A stretch of DNA of 64,000 bases from a virus: the IMG/VR virus record IMGVR_UViG_3300016466_000859, positions 32,001 through 96,000 of that record. One strand, written 5' to 3'. Below the pieces are notes generated by a model that worked only from the letters and a program-made list of their open reading frames with translations, ran no database searches and was not told where the DNA came from. Numbering within the stretch: position 1 is the stretch's first letter; each line of letters opens with the position of its first letter. Made by a program: the position numbers and the translations under genes. Below, one piece after another: positions 19,113 to 29,264 of this stretch.

Positions 19113-20184
19113 ATTCTGTGTAAGACCTTTCATGCACAGTCTCGTTGACACTGCCGGCAGGTTCCGAGTATGTTGCCGTATTGATTCAAAATCCGGATAT
19201 AACATCAATAAACACACAGTCAAGGAATGGTGGAACAGCGACTATCTCAATGACATACGTGATCGCATGCGCCAAGGCAAAGATTTACCCGAGTGCTGGA
19301 GATGCCACAAACAAGAAGAATACGGTGCCACAAGTTTTCGAGAAACCAGCAATCAAGAATGGCCCGATATCGGCGATGTAGTAGATTTCCCCATTGATTG
19401 GGAGATACAAATCACCAATCTTTGTAATTTAAAATGCATGATGTGTAATCCTTGGTCCAGCAGCCAAGTCCTAGTTGAGGAAAACAAAATATTCGAAGTC
19501 AACTGGGACCAAAAAAATTATGATTGGGATGAATCATCGGCAGATAAAATCAAAGCTATATTTGAGTCAGGGAACAGCTTCGTGATACGCGGAGGGGAAC
19601 CCTTTATGGTTCCGTGGCTCAAAAAACTGGTGAGAGAAATTTCCAGTAGAAAAAGTTTTTTGATCAATACAAATGCCACTCGATTTGATAGAGAATGGTT
19701 TGATATTTTATCGGGGCATGATATAAGAATGAGTGTCAGCATAGATGCGGTCGGAGATCTAAATCACTATATTCGCTATCCCAGCAAATGGCAAGATATA
19801 TTGGATAATTTAGATGTGATGAGAAAGTTACCTGGAGCCAATGTGTTCTTGAACACCTGTGTCCAAAATTTAAATGTGCTACATTTAGATAAACTGATAA
19901 ACTGGGCATTCTCGCAAGGTTTATTTGTAAATCTCGATGTATTAACTAGTCCAAAACACTTTCAGCCTTCGTGTTTGCCCGTAGAATTAGCAGAGTCGGC
20001 CAAGAATAGACTGTTATCTGTTGACGATTCGAACTCTCGCGGGCTTAACGGAATAGTTAACCTTTTGTCTAGTCCAGATACTTCACATTGGGATGAATTT
20101 GTCAAGCATGTTCAGATTAGAGATAGACATCGTGGTGTAAATGTAGTAAACTATGTACCCGAGATGGAGCCATATTTTGCCTAG
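19099..20184 (+). CDS. Radical SAM protein with N-terminal twitch domain (#2)
   Basis: FCVRPF...CC...CWRC; CNLKCMMC; GGEP. Confidence 0.85.
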   Translation: MPNDKFCVRPFMHSLVDTAGRFRVCCRIDSKSGYNINKHTVKEWWNSDYLNDIRDRMRQGKDLPECWRCHKQEEYGATSFRETSNQEWPDIGDVVDFPIDWEIQITNLCNLKCMMCNPWSSSQVLVEENKIFEVNWDQKNYDWDESSADKIKAIFESGNSFVIRGGEPFMVPWLKKLVREISSRKSFLINTNATRFDREWFDILSGHDIRMSVSIDAVGDLNHYIRYPSKWQDILDNLDVMRKLPGANVFLNTCVQNLNVLHLDKLINWAFSQGLFVNLDVLTSPKHFQPSCLPVELAESAKNRLLSVDDSNSRGLNGIVNLLSSPDTSHWDEFVKHVQIRDRHRGVNVVNYVPEMEPYFA

Positions 20185-21529
20185 ATCACCCAACGAAACA
20201 GATTTAGAATTCCGCAAGCGAGTACTTGATTCTAAGAGCGCCAGCTTCTGCGGAGCCAAGTGGTACAACGCTACCATATGGTTGGGCTCAGGCATGACCA
20301 CGAGCTGCCATCACCCTCCGGCACATTTTGTTCCTGTGGAAGCCATACAGCGTAATCCCAAGGCCTTGCACAACAGTGACGAAAAGAAAAACGATCGGGC
20401 GATGATGCAACGGGGAGAACGTCCACCCGGCTGTGAATACTGCTGGAAGATCGAAGACATGGGTCGCGATGCTGTTTCAGATCGTGTCTATAAAAGCGTA
20501 ATCTACACCGACGAGGAACTCAATGAAGCATATCTACTACCCACCGCTGCGGACGCAAATCTACGCACTCTCGAAATCAGTTTCGACCGCACTTGCCAAT
20601 TGGCTTGTAGCTACTGTAATCCTGCTTTCTCTAGTACATGGGTTAAGGACATTCGAACCCGAGGGCCTTATATCGACCTCGTTAGTGATGGTAGGAATCA
20701 CTTCACTCATGATCACGCTAGTGCTCAGCTTTATCGATATGGTGAAGTCAATCCGTATATTGAGGCATTTTTCCGCTGGTGGGAAACCGACCTACATAAG
20801 ACGCTTAGAGAGCTACGAATCACCGGTGGCGAACCACTCATGTCCGGCTACACCTGGCAGCTCATTGACTGGTTCAAACAGAACCGTGGAAAGAGCTCCA
20901 CACGGCTAGCCATCAATTCAAACTTGGCCATGGATTCGGAAAAGATCCAAGAACTCCTAGACGCTTGTGGAGGCATTGAGTTGGATATCTATACTTCCAA
21001 CGAGGCCCTACATTCGCAGGCCGAATACATCAGAGACGGACTCCAATGGGATCAATGGCAGACCAACATGCGTTTGTTGGCCTCCAGTGGTAGGCTGCGT
21101 GGCTTACACAACATGTGTACTATAAATGCCCTGTGCTTGGAAAGCCTGCCCGAGTTCCTGGACTTCCTGATAGAGATGAAACAGGAGTTTGGCAGAGACT
21201 TTCCCAATTTTACGTTAAATATCTTGCGTTTTCCGTCGTTCCAAAGCCCCTTGGTGTTGCCCGACGATATCCGTGAGCATCACAAAGGGAGACTGGTTGA
21301 GTGGATGGTCCGACACAAAGGCTACAACTATCTACATCAGCATGAAATCAATCATGTACTAAGATTGATCGATTATCTAGATGTAGTCAAAACTCCGCAC
21401 CGTGAGACTTTTGAGCGCCCGGCCTTGCACAACGACTTCCGCAAGTTCTACGAGCAATACGATCAGCGTAGGGGTAAAAATTTCTCTGAGACATTTCCCG
21501 GTCTAGCCGATTGGTATACAAAACTATGA
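20153..21529 (+). CDS. Radical SAM protein with N-terminal twitch domain (#3)
   Basis: FCGAKW...SCHHPP...CEYCW; CQLACSYC; ITGGEP. Start uncertain. Confidence 0.85.
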   Translation: MYPRWSHILPRSPNETDLEFRKRVLDSKSASFCGAKWYNATIWLGSGMTTSCHHPPAHFVPVEAIQRNPKALHNSDEKKNDRAMMQRGERPPGCEYCWKIEDMGRDAVSDRVYKSVIYTDEELNEAYLLPTAADANLRTLEISFDRTCQLACSYCNPAFSSTWVKDIRTRGPYIDLVSDGRNHFTHDHASAQLYRYGEVNPYIEAFFRWWETDLHKTLRELRITGGEPLMSGYTWQLIDWFKQNRGKSSTRLAINSNLAMDSEKIQELLDACGGIELDIYTSNEALHSQAEYIRDGLQWDQWQTNMRLLASSGRLRGLHNMCTINALCLESLPEFLDFLIEMKQEFGRDFPNFTLNILRFPSFQSPLVLPDDIREHHKGRLVEWMVRHKGYNYLHQHEINHVLRLIDYLDVVKTPHRETFERPALHNDFRKFYEQYDQRRGKNFSETFPGLADWYTKL

Positions 21530-22857
21530 GTGACACCAAAGAATTCTACAACAAGGGCTACGACTACAACAGTCGTGCTCCTTATTTCGCAGATCGAAAA
21601 GATCTTACTCCCGAGGAATGGCGCCGATTGACCGAGAGCGATACATTCTGTATGTTGCCATGGGTACACATGCATGCCTTTCCTGATGGACGTGCTTATC
21701 CTTGCTGCCTCAGCGACTACTGGCATCCTGTAGGAGACCTGCGCAAGAACACCATGGAGGAAGTCTGGAACCAGGACGCTTATCGGACCATGCGCAAAAA
21801 CATGTTACAGGACAAACCCTGTAAAGAATGTACCAAGTGCTACGAGCAAGAGAAGGCCGGATTCTTCAGCATGAGATATGATGCTAACAGGAACTACGGG
21901 CATCATATCGCAGAAGTAGATCAAACTGCTCCCGACGGCGAGCATCCTGACTTCAAGATACGCTATTGGGACGTAAGGTTCAGCAACCTTTGTAATATGC
22001 GATGTCGCAGTTGTGGTCCCATCTTTAGTTCGAACTGGTTCAACGATCATGTCAAGATGTATGGCGTAGTTCCTGATGTGCTCAAACGTCCCATGGCCCG
22101 GGTGGAATACACCACCGGCGACGAAGATGGCATGCTGGCACAGATGGAGCCGCATGTTCCTTATCTCGAACAAGTCTACTTCGCGGGCGGCGAACCTTTG
22201 ATCATGAAAGAGCATTACTACATGCTGGAGAAGTTGATTGAAGCCGGTAAGACTGATGTAAGACTGATCTACAACACCAACTTCTCAGAACTACGCTACA
22301 AAGACAAGCATGTGTTTGAGTTCTGGAAACACTTTAAGACAGTCAACGTGGGCGCCAGCTTGGATGCTTCGGGCACTAGAGCCGAACTCATGCGCAAAGG
22401 CACCCAATGGTCACAGACTGTTGATAATCGCCGCAGGATGATGGAAGAAGTGCCGCACGTGGATTTCTACGTCAGCGCCACGGTATCATCGATGAACGTG
22501 CTACACGTCTTAGACTTCCATCGTGAGTGGAGTGACCTGGGATTGATACAACCCAAGGATTTCAATGTCAACATCTGTCAAAGTCCCGAGTGGTATAGGA
22601 TCGACATCTTCCCCGAAGAGTTCAAGAAATCAGTGATCGAACCCGCGTACCGTCGACACATTGAATGGTTGGATCCACAAGATACATTGCGCCGTGCCAC
22701 TACCGGATTCGAAAGCGCCATCAACTTTATGTTGAGCACCAATAACAGCCATTTGCTTCCACGCTGGCGAGAAGAAACAGACAAGTTGGACCATGTCCGT
22801 GGCGAAGATTTCTGGGCCACTTTCCCTGAACTAGGAGTGTTACGTGACGCTACCTAA
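21526..22857 (+). CDS. Radical SAM protein with N-terminal twitch domain (#4)
   Basis: FCMLPW...PCC...CTKC; CNMRCRSC; FAGGEP; ATGA overlap with the previous stop. Confidence 0.88.
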   Translation: MSDTKEFYNKGYDYNSRAPYFADRKDLTPEEWRRLTESDTFCMLPWVHMHAFPDGRAYPCCLSDYWHPVGDLRKNTMEEVWNQDAYRTMRKNMLQDKPCKECTKCYEQEKAGFFSMRYDANRNYGHHIAEVDQTAPDGEHPDFKIRYWDVRFSNLCNMRCRSCGPIFSSNWFNDHVKMYGVVPDVLKRPMARVEYTTGDEDGMLAQMEPHVPYLEQVYFAGGEPLIMKEHYYMLEKLIEAGKTDVRLIYNTNFSELRYKDKHVFEFWKHFKTVNVGASLDASGTRAELMRKGTQWSQTVDNRRRMMEEVPHVDFYVSATVSSMNVLHVLDFHREWSDLGLIQPKDFNVNICQSPEWYRIDIFPEEFKKSVIEPAYRRHIEWLDPQDTLRRATTGFESAINFMLSTNNSHLLPRWREETDKLDHVRGEDFWATFPELGVLRDAT

Positions 22858-24058
22858 GACTATATGTATGCTACCTTGGATGAGCATCGAGACTTCGCCA
22901 ATGGGAACAGCGAGACCGTGCTGCTTGGCTGACGAAGAAATCACAGATCCCAACGGAGAAAAATACGATCTCAATGTCACAACTTTGCGCGAGATCTATG
23001 ACAGCGAATACATGCAGAATCTACGACGTCAGTTCCGGCAGGGCAAAAAGCCTGCTACCTGTAATCGTTGCTGGGAAGAAGAGGCCGCCGGCCGCACAAG
23101 CAAACGTATACACAGCCAAGTACGACTCAAAGAATTGTACAAACAAGTGGATTGGGAGAACGATAAGCCAGACCAACTGTGGTTTGTGGATCTCAAACTC
23201 GGAAACATCTGCAATCTCAAATGTCGCATCTGCGGATCCTGGAGTTCTAGCAAGTGGGCCGAAGAAGAGATGAACTACTTGCCCAAGACCGTGGACAAGA
23301 AAACACACATCGCTTACACATGGCTCCGGCAAGGACAATGGCCCAGGAAGACCGAGACGTTCTGGGACGACCTGCGCAGCCTGCTGCCTAACATACGCTA
23401 CTTTGAGTTCACCGGCGGGGAACCATGGCTGATCCAGGAACACATTGACCTTCTCAAGTTTGCAGCTGACTCTGGTGACAGCCATCACATCGATATACAC
23501 TACAACACCAATGCCACCCAGTGGCCCAATGATCTCGTTGGCGTATGGAAACACTTTGGTCGTGTAGACATCGCATTCAGCATCGACAACGTGGGTGAGA
23601 GATTTGAATATGAACGTTTTCCTGCCAATTGGATCAAAGCCAACGAGATCGTAGACGCTGTGCATGACTTACAGAAAGCCAACACCAATATCACTACCCA
23701 ACTGTGTTTCACACTGAACATACAGAACGTCTACTACCTCGACGAGTTGCTGGCTTGGGCCGACACCAAAGGTTTTGGTAATGTTTATTTTAATATGTTG
23801 CACAGTCCCAGCAGGATGAGCATACAGTCAATGACACCACAGGCGCAGGAGTTGGTGATCAATAAACTGCAAAGCGTCCAGTGGCGATCCGAATACCAGC
23901 GTGAAGTCGACAATGTCATCAACTTCATACGCAACGGATCGGGCAGCGACGGACGAGAATTCTGTAGGCTCATGAAGCAGACTGATGCTTATCGAAAACA
24001 GGATTTCCGTGTAACACACGCCGAGATTGCCGAGGCCATGGGCTATGAAGAAACCTGA
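22844..24058 (+). CDS. Radical SAM protein with N-terminal twitch domain (#5)
   Basis: ICMLPW...PCC...CNRC; CNLKCRIC; FTGGEP. Confidence 0.88.
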   Translation: MTLPKTICMLPWMSIETSPMGTARPCCLADEEITDPNGEKYDLNVTTLREIYDSEYMQNLRRQFRQGKKPATCNRCWEEEAAGRTSKRIHSQVRLKELYKQVDWENDKPDQLWFVDLKLGNICNLKCRICGSWSSSKWAEEEMNYLPKTVDKKTHIAYTWLRQGQWPRKTETFWDDLRSLLPNIRYFEFTGGEPWLIQEHIDLLKFAADSGDSHHIDIHYNTNATQWPNDLVGVWKHFGRVDIAFSIDNVGERFEYERFPANWIKANEIVDAVHDLQKANTNITTQLCFTLNIQNVYYLDELLAWADTKGFGNVYFNMLHSPSRMSIQSMTPQAQELVINKLQSVQWRSEYQREVDNVINFIRNGSGSDGREFCRLMKQTDAYRKQDFRVTHAEIAEAMGYEET

Positions 24059-25349
24059 ACATCGCCCCGATACCTTGTGCATGGCTCCATGGACCCACAC
24101 ATACTTGAGTCCACAGACCGAGCGTCGTATGTGCTGTGCCAGTCGTGAGCCTGCACAGAACTTCCAGCAATATATTGACACGGCCGCAGGTACCGGCCGA
24201 TACATTCCCATCACTTTGGAAGAGCATTGGAACGGCGAGCACATGCGAAGCGTGCGCCGCAGGATGATGAAGGGTGAGACTTTGCCTGAGTGCGATGTAT
24301 GTAACAGCAAGCTCTTGAACACAGATGTTTACCGTAGCTATTTTAATCATCTTTTCGGACATAAGTACAATAGCATATGGGACTTGACAGATGAGTCGGG
24401 TCACACCACTATGCGGCCCGTGAGTTGGGATTACAGGTTTTCCAACTTGTGTAACTTCAAATGTAGAACCTGTGGAGACATGTTAAGCAGTGCTTGGGAA
24501 AGCGAGCAACGCCAACACAACATGATCGATTGGACCAACCCCAAAAATCAGTGGATGGTTCCTGATATCAAAAAACAGATTGAACGTTTTCAAAATGAAC
24601 AGGTAGAGGCCGAGTTTTCACAGGCCGTTGAGGAACACCGAGTCGAGGAAGTGTACTGGGTAGGCGGCGAGCCGCTCATGTACGAACAGCATTGGCGATA
24701 CATGAAACGTATCGTGGACTTGGGAGATGGACAAAATGTTTACGCTAGATACAACACAAATCTTAGTCGCGTCGACTATCGCGGCATCAATTTGTATAGG
24801 GATATTCTTAGTAGGTTACGGGATTGGCAAATCTGTGCAAGCATCGACGGATCGGGCCGAATTGGAGAGTATATTCGAACAGGTCTTGATTTTGGTAAAT
24901 GGCTTGAGAACTTCAAGCAAGGAATTGAGATCAGTAGTCACCGCCGCCAGATGCGTCTTGACTTCACTCTTACACTCCCGGGTCTCTTCGAAGTTCGACG
25001 GATGACACAGCTCGGGCGGGAACTGGGTGTTGACACGTTGGCCAAAGTCATATTCAGTTTCTCGCCTGACATCATACTCAGCCCCTCGGCATTGCCCAGA
25101 GAGCTATTGGAACCTTGGTTAGACGAACTCATACCTGACACACATGGGGCTATGCAGGACTTATTGGTACAACTAAAATCCCGCCCCACGTTCCAGGAAC
25201 AGTGGCCCGATCAATGGCAAGCAGGTCTTGCAAAAGGCAAAGCCCGTGTGTTAAAATTAGAAGAAATAAGGAATGATCGATTTACCATGGACGACATACT
25301 CCGTGAGCGTCCGGCGATACACCAATGGTGGAGAAACATAGATGTCTGA
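24045..25349 (+). CDS. Radical SAM protein with N-terminal twitch domain (#6)
   Basis: LCMAPW...MCC...CDVC; CNFKCRTC; WVGGEP. Confidence 0.88.
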   Translation: MKKPEHRPDTLCMAPWTHTYLSPQTERRMCCASREPAQNFQQYIDTAAGTGRYIPITLEEHWNGEHMRSVRRRMMKGETLPECDVCNSKLLNTDVYRSYFNHLFGHKYNSIWDLTDESGHTTMRPVSWDYRFSNLCNFKCRTCGDMLSSAWESEQRQHNMIDWTNPKNQWMVPDIKKQIERFQNEQVEAEFSQAVEEHRVEEVYWVGGEPLMYEQHWRYMKRIVDLGDGQNVYARYNTNLSRVDYRGINLYRDILSRLRDWQICASIDGSGRIGEYIRTGLDFGKWLENFKQGIEISSHRRQMRLDFTLTLPGLFEVRRMTQLGRELGVDTLAKVIFSFSPDIILSPSALPRELLEPWLDELIPDTHGAMQDLLVQLKSRPTFQEQWPDQWQAGLAKGKARVLKLEEIRNDRFTMDDILRERPAIHQWWRNIDV

Positions 25350-25539
25350 ATTTTTACAAACTCTATCTCGTATGTGGAATACCGTACTGACTAATATCGC
25401 AAACACCAGTCTTGAAACTTGGATGATATTATTAGGTATATTTGCGATCTGGGCGGTGTTTGCTTTTTTCATTGTCAGAGATCATCTTAAAAATCCTGGA
25501 AAATACAACGATAGTGATAAATTTATACCACCTTATTAA
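25342..25539 (+). CDS. Small single-pass membrane protein
   Basis: 65 aa with the hydrophobic stretch WMILLGIFAIWAVFAFFIV; abuts both neighbours. Confidence 0.55.
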   Translation: MSEFLQTLSRMWNTVLTNIANTSLETWMILLGIFAIWAVFAFFIVRDHLKNPGKYNDSDKFIPPY

Positions 25540-26610
25540 ATGAAAAAAATCAAAGTGGTGTTGAGAGATCCTCTCAACAAAAAACACGAATTTGACTATA
25601 ATATAGAAGTCGATCAACACGCCATGGCCGTAAGATGGTATGACGCCTTGCGGGATCTTGTACGCAATAATAATTACCTAGAAAAGAACTTTTGTTTTTT
25701 GGGATTTCCCGACACGGCCAGAGACCTTGGATATCTCTGCAAAGAATTAAACTGGGCCAAAGATCGTATCAATGAGTTTTTTGATGATTACAAAATCGAA
25801 GAAGACTATTCTCTCGACACCATGCGGCACGGATTAGATCCCAATCAAAATTTGATGAATGTGTTGCACAATCATTTTGAGGTATTGCAGGGAACAGTAT
25901 GGGGACTCAGTGATTATTACAAACGAGCTGATTACGAAACCAAGTTTGCTATAAGGCAATTAAACAATATCTGCCACGAAGCAGAAAGCCTTATGCTGAG
26001 CCAACGCAAGCAGGTTGAAGCACCAGAATGGGTGCGTCCGAGCCAGATCACTACTTTCCTCAACTCTCCGAGATTTGAATACCCAGCAGAGCATAAAAAA
26101 ATATTCGATGAGACCCGATACGACAGGACGTTTGGCACGGTATATCAGCACTGGACACAGATCGGAAAAACTCTCTATGAAGTCTACATCGACGAAGGAG
26201 GAAAAGATATAGATCGTGCCACGTGCGAAGCTATCACACATTTAAGATATTACTCCGGAGAATTTGATATCGAATGGGCACGAGATGTCACTTATGGCGG
26301 CGAATATCCTTGGCACACAAAAAGAATGACTGGATTCCGAGAATGGTTGTTACGCAACGGATTTGACCTCGACAATGTTGAATATAATTACGGTTACCAC
26401 AGTGTGGGTCAGGTCAATCTCAAAGAAAGTTTTGGCACCGATGATTATCTAGTTGTCTGGAGTGTGTTAGGACAGCACCTTGATATCTACAAAATAGAAA
26501 TGGAAGATATCACGACTGTCTACGATTATTGTTGGACCGACACCGACTATTATCAACAACAGATTGAAAGATTGCGACCGGGTTATGACTATAGTAGCAG
26601 GAGGTTGTAG
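25540..26610 (+). CDS. Hypothetical protein
   Basis: 356-aa ORF in the operon; no family recognised. Confidence 0.65.
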   Translation: MKKIKVVLRDPLNKKHEFDYNIEVDQHAMAVRWYDALRDLVRNNNYLEKNFCFLGFPDTARDLGYLCKELNWAKDRINEFFDDYKIEEDYSLDTMRHGLDPNQNLMNVLHNHFEVLQGTVWGLSDYYKRADYETKFAIRQLNNICHEAESLMLSQRKQVEAPEWVRPSQITTFLNSPRFEYPAEHKKIFDETRYDRTFGTVYQHWTQIGKTLYEVYIDEGGKDIDRATCEAITHLRYYSGEFDIEWARDVTYGGEYPWHTKRMTGFREWLLRNGFDLDNVEYNYGYHSVGQVNLKESFGTDDYLVVWSVLGQHLDIYKIEMEDITTVYDYCWTDTDYYQQQIERLRPGYDYSSRRL

Positions 26611-27157
26611 TTTCGTCTGGGGCAGTGAATTGCCCGATAGCCCACACGGTGGGGTCAACGGATACAGCAGGTCCACTTTTCCGGCCCTGTTAGCCAAAGA
26701 CAGTTATGTGTGTTTGGCCTATCCGGGCATAGGAAATCGTGAAATATCAAAACGTGTCAGAGATTATCTAGTCCGTGCGAGAACAGATCAATTGATCGTG
26801 ATGGTATGCTGGACTTGGCCCGGCAGAGATGGAACTATAAACAGCAACGATGCTATATTGGATCTACAGAGGTATCTCGAACACTACAAGATACCCTATA
26901 TTTTCACCTGCGCAGATAATTGTATAAAAACAGACAATGCAGAGATAAAGTGGGAAGAATGGTTTTGGTTTCCACCCGGTGACCCGCCTTACCAGACATC
27001 GACCCCGAGAGGTTTTTACCAGTGGGCTCGCGAAAATAAATATCTAGTAGGTCCCGAACATCATCCGCTAATTGAAGCGCATCAAGATGCTGCCAAACTA
27101 ATCCAAGGAAAATTCGATGAATTGGTTAAAAAGATTGATAAATCGCGTCAAAATTGA
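26585..27157 (+). CDS. SGNH/GDSL-like hydrolase or acyltransferase fold protein
   Basis: AGGCSFVWG (block I Ser), PGIGN (block II), C-terminal HP..EAH. Confidence 0.55.
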   Translation: MTIVAGGCSFVWGSELPDSPHGGVNGYSRSTFPALLAKDSYVCLAYPGIGNREISKRVRDYLVRARTDQLIVMVCWTWPGRDGTINSNDAILDLQRYLEHYKIPYIFTCADNCIKTDNAEIKWEEWFWFPPGDPPYQTSTPRGFYQWARENKYLVGPEHHPLIEAHQDAAKLIQGKFDELVKKIDKSRQN

Positions 27158-27218
27158 AATACAATATCGCAAGAAACTCAAAGAGATGCGCAAGCGAGAT
27201 CCGTTTATCTACAAATGA
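27117..27218 (+). CDS. Small basic protein (33 aa), not in the ORF track
   Basis: MNWLKRLINRVKIEIQYRKKLKEMRKRDPFIYK; its TGA overlaps the next ATG (ATGA at 27215-27218). Confidence 0.55.
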   Translation: MNWLKRLINRVKIEIQYRKKLKEMRKRDPFIYK

Positions 27219-27769
27219 TATTGGTAAATGGTGACAGCTTCACAGCCGGCGAAGAAAGCACCGTGGCATGGCCAGACCTTGTTGCTGATACAGTAAATAT
27301 AGCTACACCAGGAGCCGGCAACGATCATATAGTTTCCAGCACGATCGTACATATTGAAACTTATGGGAACATCGATCGTGCTATAATAGCTTGGACTACT
27401 CCACATCGCATAACAGTCAGTGGAAAGCATCTCACTCCCACTAGCCAAAAAAAATATGGTAAGCTAGTCGACGAAGTGTTTTGCGATTGGGATGAATCGT
27501 GGGCTTGGCGACAGTTTCATGCTTCTGTGGCAGCATTGCATGGTTATCTTGAGCACAAAAGAATACCACATTTCTTTGTGAGCACGTTTGGCATACCAGC
27601 TAATACCATCCGCGAATGTATATATTGGATGGAGTGGGGCACCGAAGGTATGATAGAATGGATGGGCGACTGCCCAAAAGGTCCCGGTGGGCACCCGCTG
27701 GAACTTGGACATCAACGAATAGCAGGAAAAATCAATGAGTATATTAGGAGTATCGGCTGGGTTTCATGA
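27215..27769 (+). CDS. SGNH/GDSL-like fold protein
   Basis: VNGDSFTAG, PGAGND, GHPLELGH. Confidence 0.6.
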   Translation: MILVNGDSFTAGEESTVAWPDLVADTVNIATPGAGNDHIVSSTIVHIETYGNIDRAIIAWTTPHRITVSGKHLTPTSQKKYGKLVDEVFCDWDESWAWRQFHASVAALHGYLEHKRIPHFFVSTFGIPANTIRECIYWMEWGTEGMIEWMGDCPKGPGGHPLELGHQRIAGKINEYIRSIGWVS

Positions 27770-29264
27770 TGCCGCAGTGAGTCTAGTAGACAGCTCGGGG
27801 AATATTTTATTCGCCGGACACAGCGAACGTTACAGCAAAATTAAAAACGACGCCAATATCTGTTCAACATTGTTGGCAGACATACCTACCAAGGTAAATC
27901 ATATAGCATATTATGAAAAGCCTTGGTTGAAACAATTACGTCAGCTCTATTCAGGGCAGGGCGTTGAGTGGAAAAAGATAGATACCGAGACTATACTCAG
28001 GGCACAGCTCGGAGAGTGGATCACTCAACAAATACCCGGTATCAATATATTCCAGGAAATTATGTTCGATGATGACATTCCATCGATCAGCAGCCACCGT
28101 CATCATCTCAGCCATGCCGCGGCCGGCTTTCAAACTAGTCCTTATCAAGATGCCACTGTGGTAGTCTGTGACGCCATTGGCGAGTGGGACACAACATCGA
28201 TCTATCATGCCTACTACGATGATCTCGGTATCGCTAGATATAAAAAACTTTGGTCACAGAAATATCCACACAGTCTGGGCATGTTCTATTCGGCGTTTAC
28301 TAAACGTGTGGGACTACGACCCATGGACGAAGAATACATACTCATGGGCATGGCGGCCTGGGGTAAGAATATTTGGTTTAATCGTATCTACGATGAACAA
28401 ATCAAGGACATCGCCAACCTCACATTCAAGAACAATCTGCACCTGGGAGTTGACGACAATTACCTTGATATTGCCACCAACGAAGATATTGCTGCCAGTG
28501 TACAAGAGATCACTGAGTGGGCTGTTTGTAGGATCATGGAACGGGCTCGCACTTTAGGGAAAAGTGAAAATCTAGTTTATATGGGAGGAGTAGCCCTCAA
28601 CTGTCTTGCCAATCGGCTCTTGGGCAAGTACTATTCCAATATCTGGATCATGCCCAATCCCGGCGATGCTGGAAGTAGTTTAGGAGCGGCTGCTTTGGCG
28701 TACAAACGAAAATTAAATTGGCAAGATGCCTATCTCGGACATGTAATTTCGGGACCTTATCCGGTCAAAGGCTTGCTCGATGAACTATTATCAGCTAAAA
28801 TAGTAGGCGTGGCGTCTGGTGCCGCCGAGTTTGGACCACGAGCATTGGGAAATCGTAGCCTCCTAGCTGATCCCAGAGAAAAAGATATAAAGGATCGTGT
28901 CAATGAAATTAAACAACGTCAACGATTTAGACCCTTTGCCCCAGTCATACTGGCTGAGATGGTGGATGACTACTTTGATATGCCTCCTGGCTGGGTGGAT
29001 AGCGATTATATGCAAGTTGTCGCTCGGTGCCGTCATCCTGAGCTTTACCCTGCTATATGTCATGTTGATGGCACCAGCCGAGTACAGACGGTACCAAAGG
29101 ATTCAAGATCGGGCATCCGACAACTCTTAGAGCAATGGTATGTGATGACTGGGTGTCCTATGCTGTTAAATACATCATTGAACATCCGCGGAGAGCCAAT
29201 GGTCAACGATCGAGTTGATGCCGATCGGTTCGAGAAACTTTATGGAATAAAGGTGATATCATGA
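27735..29264 (+). CDS. Carbamoyltransferase, NodU/CmcH family
   Basis: ILGVSAGFHDAA, HHLSHAA, DAIGE, GGVALNC, PGDAG, EFGPRALGNRS, KQRQRFRPFAP, LLNTSLN. Confidence 0.92.
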   Translation: MSILGVSAGFHDAAVSLVDSSGNILFAGHSERYSKIKNDANICSTLLADIPTKVNHIAYYEKPWLKQLRQLYSGQGVEWKKIDTETILRAQLGEWITQQIPGINIFQEIMFDDDIPSISSHRHHLSHAAAGFQTSPYQDATVVVCDAIGEWDTTSIYHAYYDDLGIARYKKLWSQKYPHSLGMFYSAFTKRVGLRPMDEEYILMGMAAWGKNIWFNRIYDEQIKDIANLTFKNNLHLGVDDNYLDIATNEDIAASVQEITEWAVCRIMERARTLGKSENLVYMGGVALNCLANRLLGKYYSNIWIMPNPGDAGSSLGAAALAYKRKLNWQDAYLGHVISGPYPVKGLLDELLSAKIVGVASGAAEFGPRALGNRSLLADPREKDIKDRVNEIKQRQRFRPFAPVILAEMVDDYFDMPPGWVDSDYMQVVARCRHPELYPAICHVDGTSRVQTVPKDSRSGIRQLLEQWYVMTGCPMLLNTSLNIRGEPMVNDRVDADRFEKLYGIKVIS

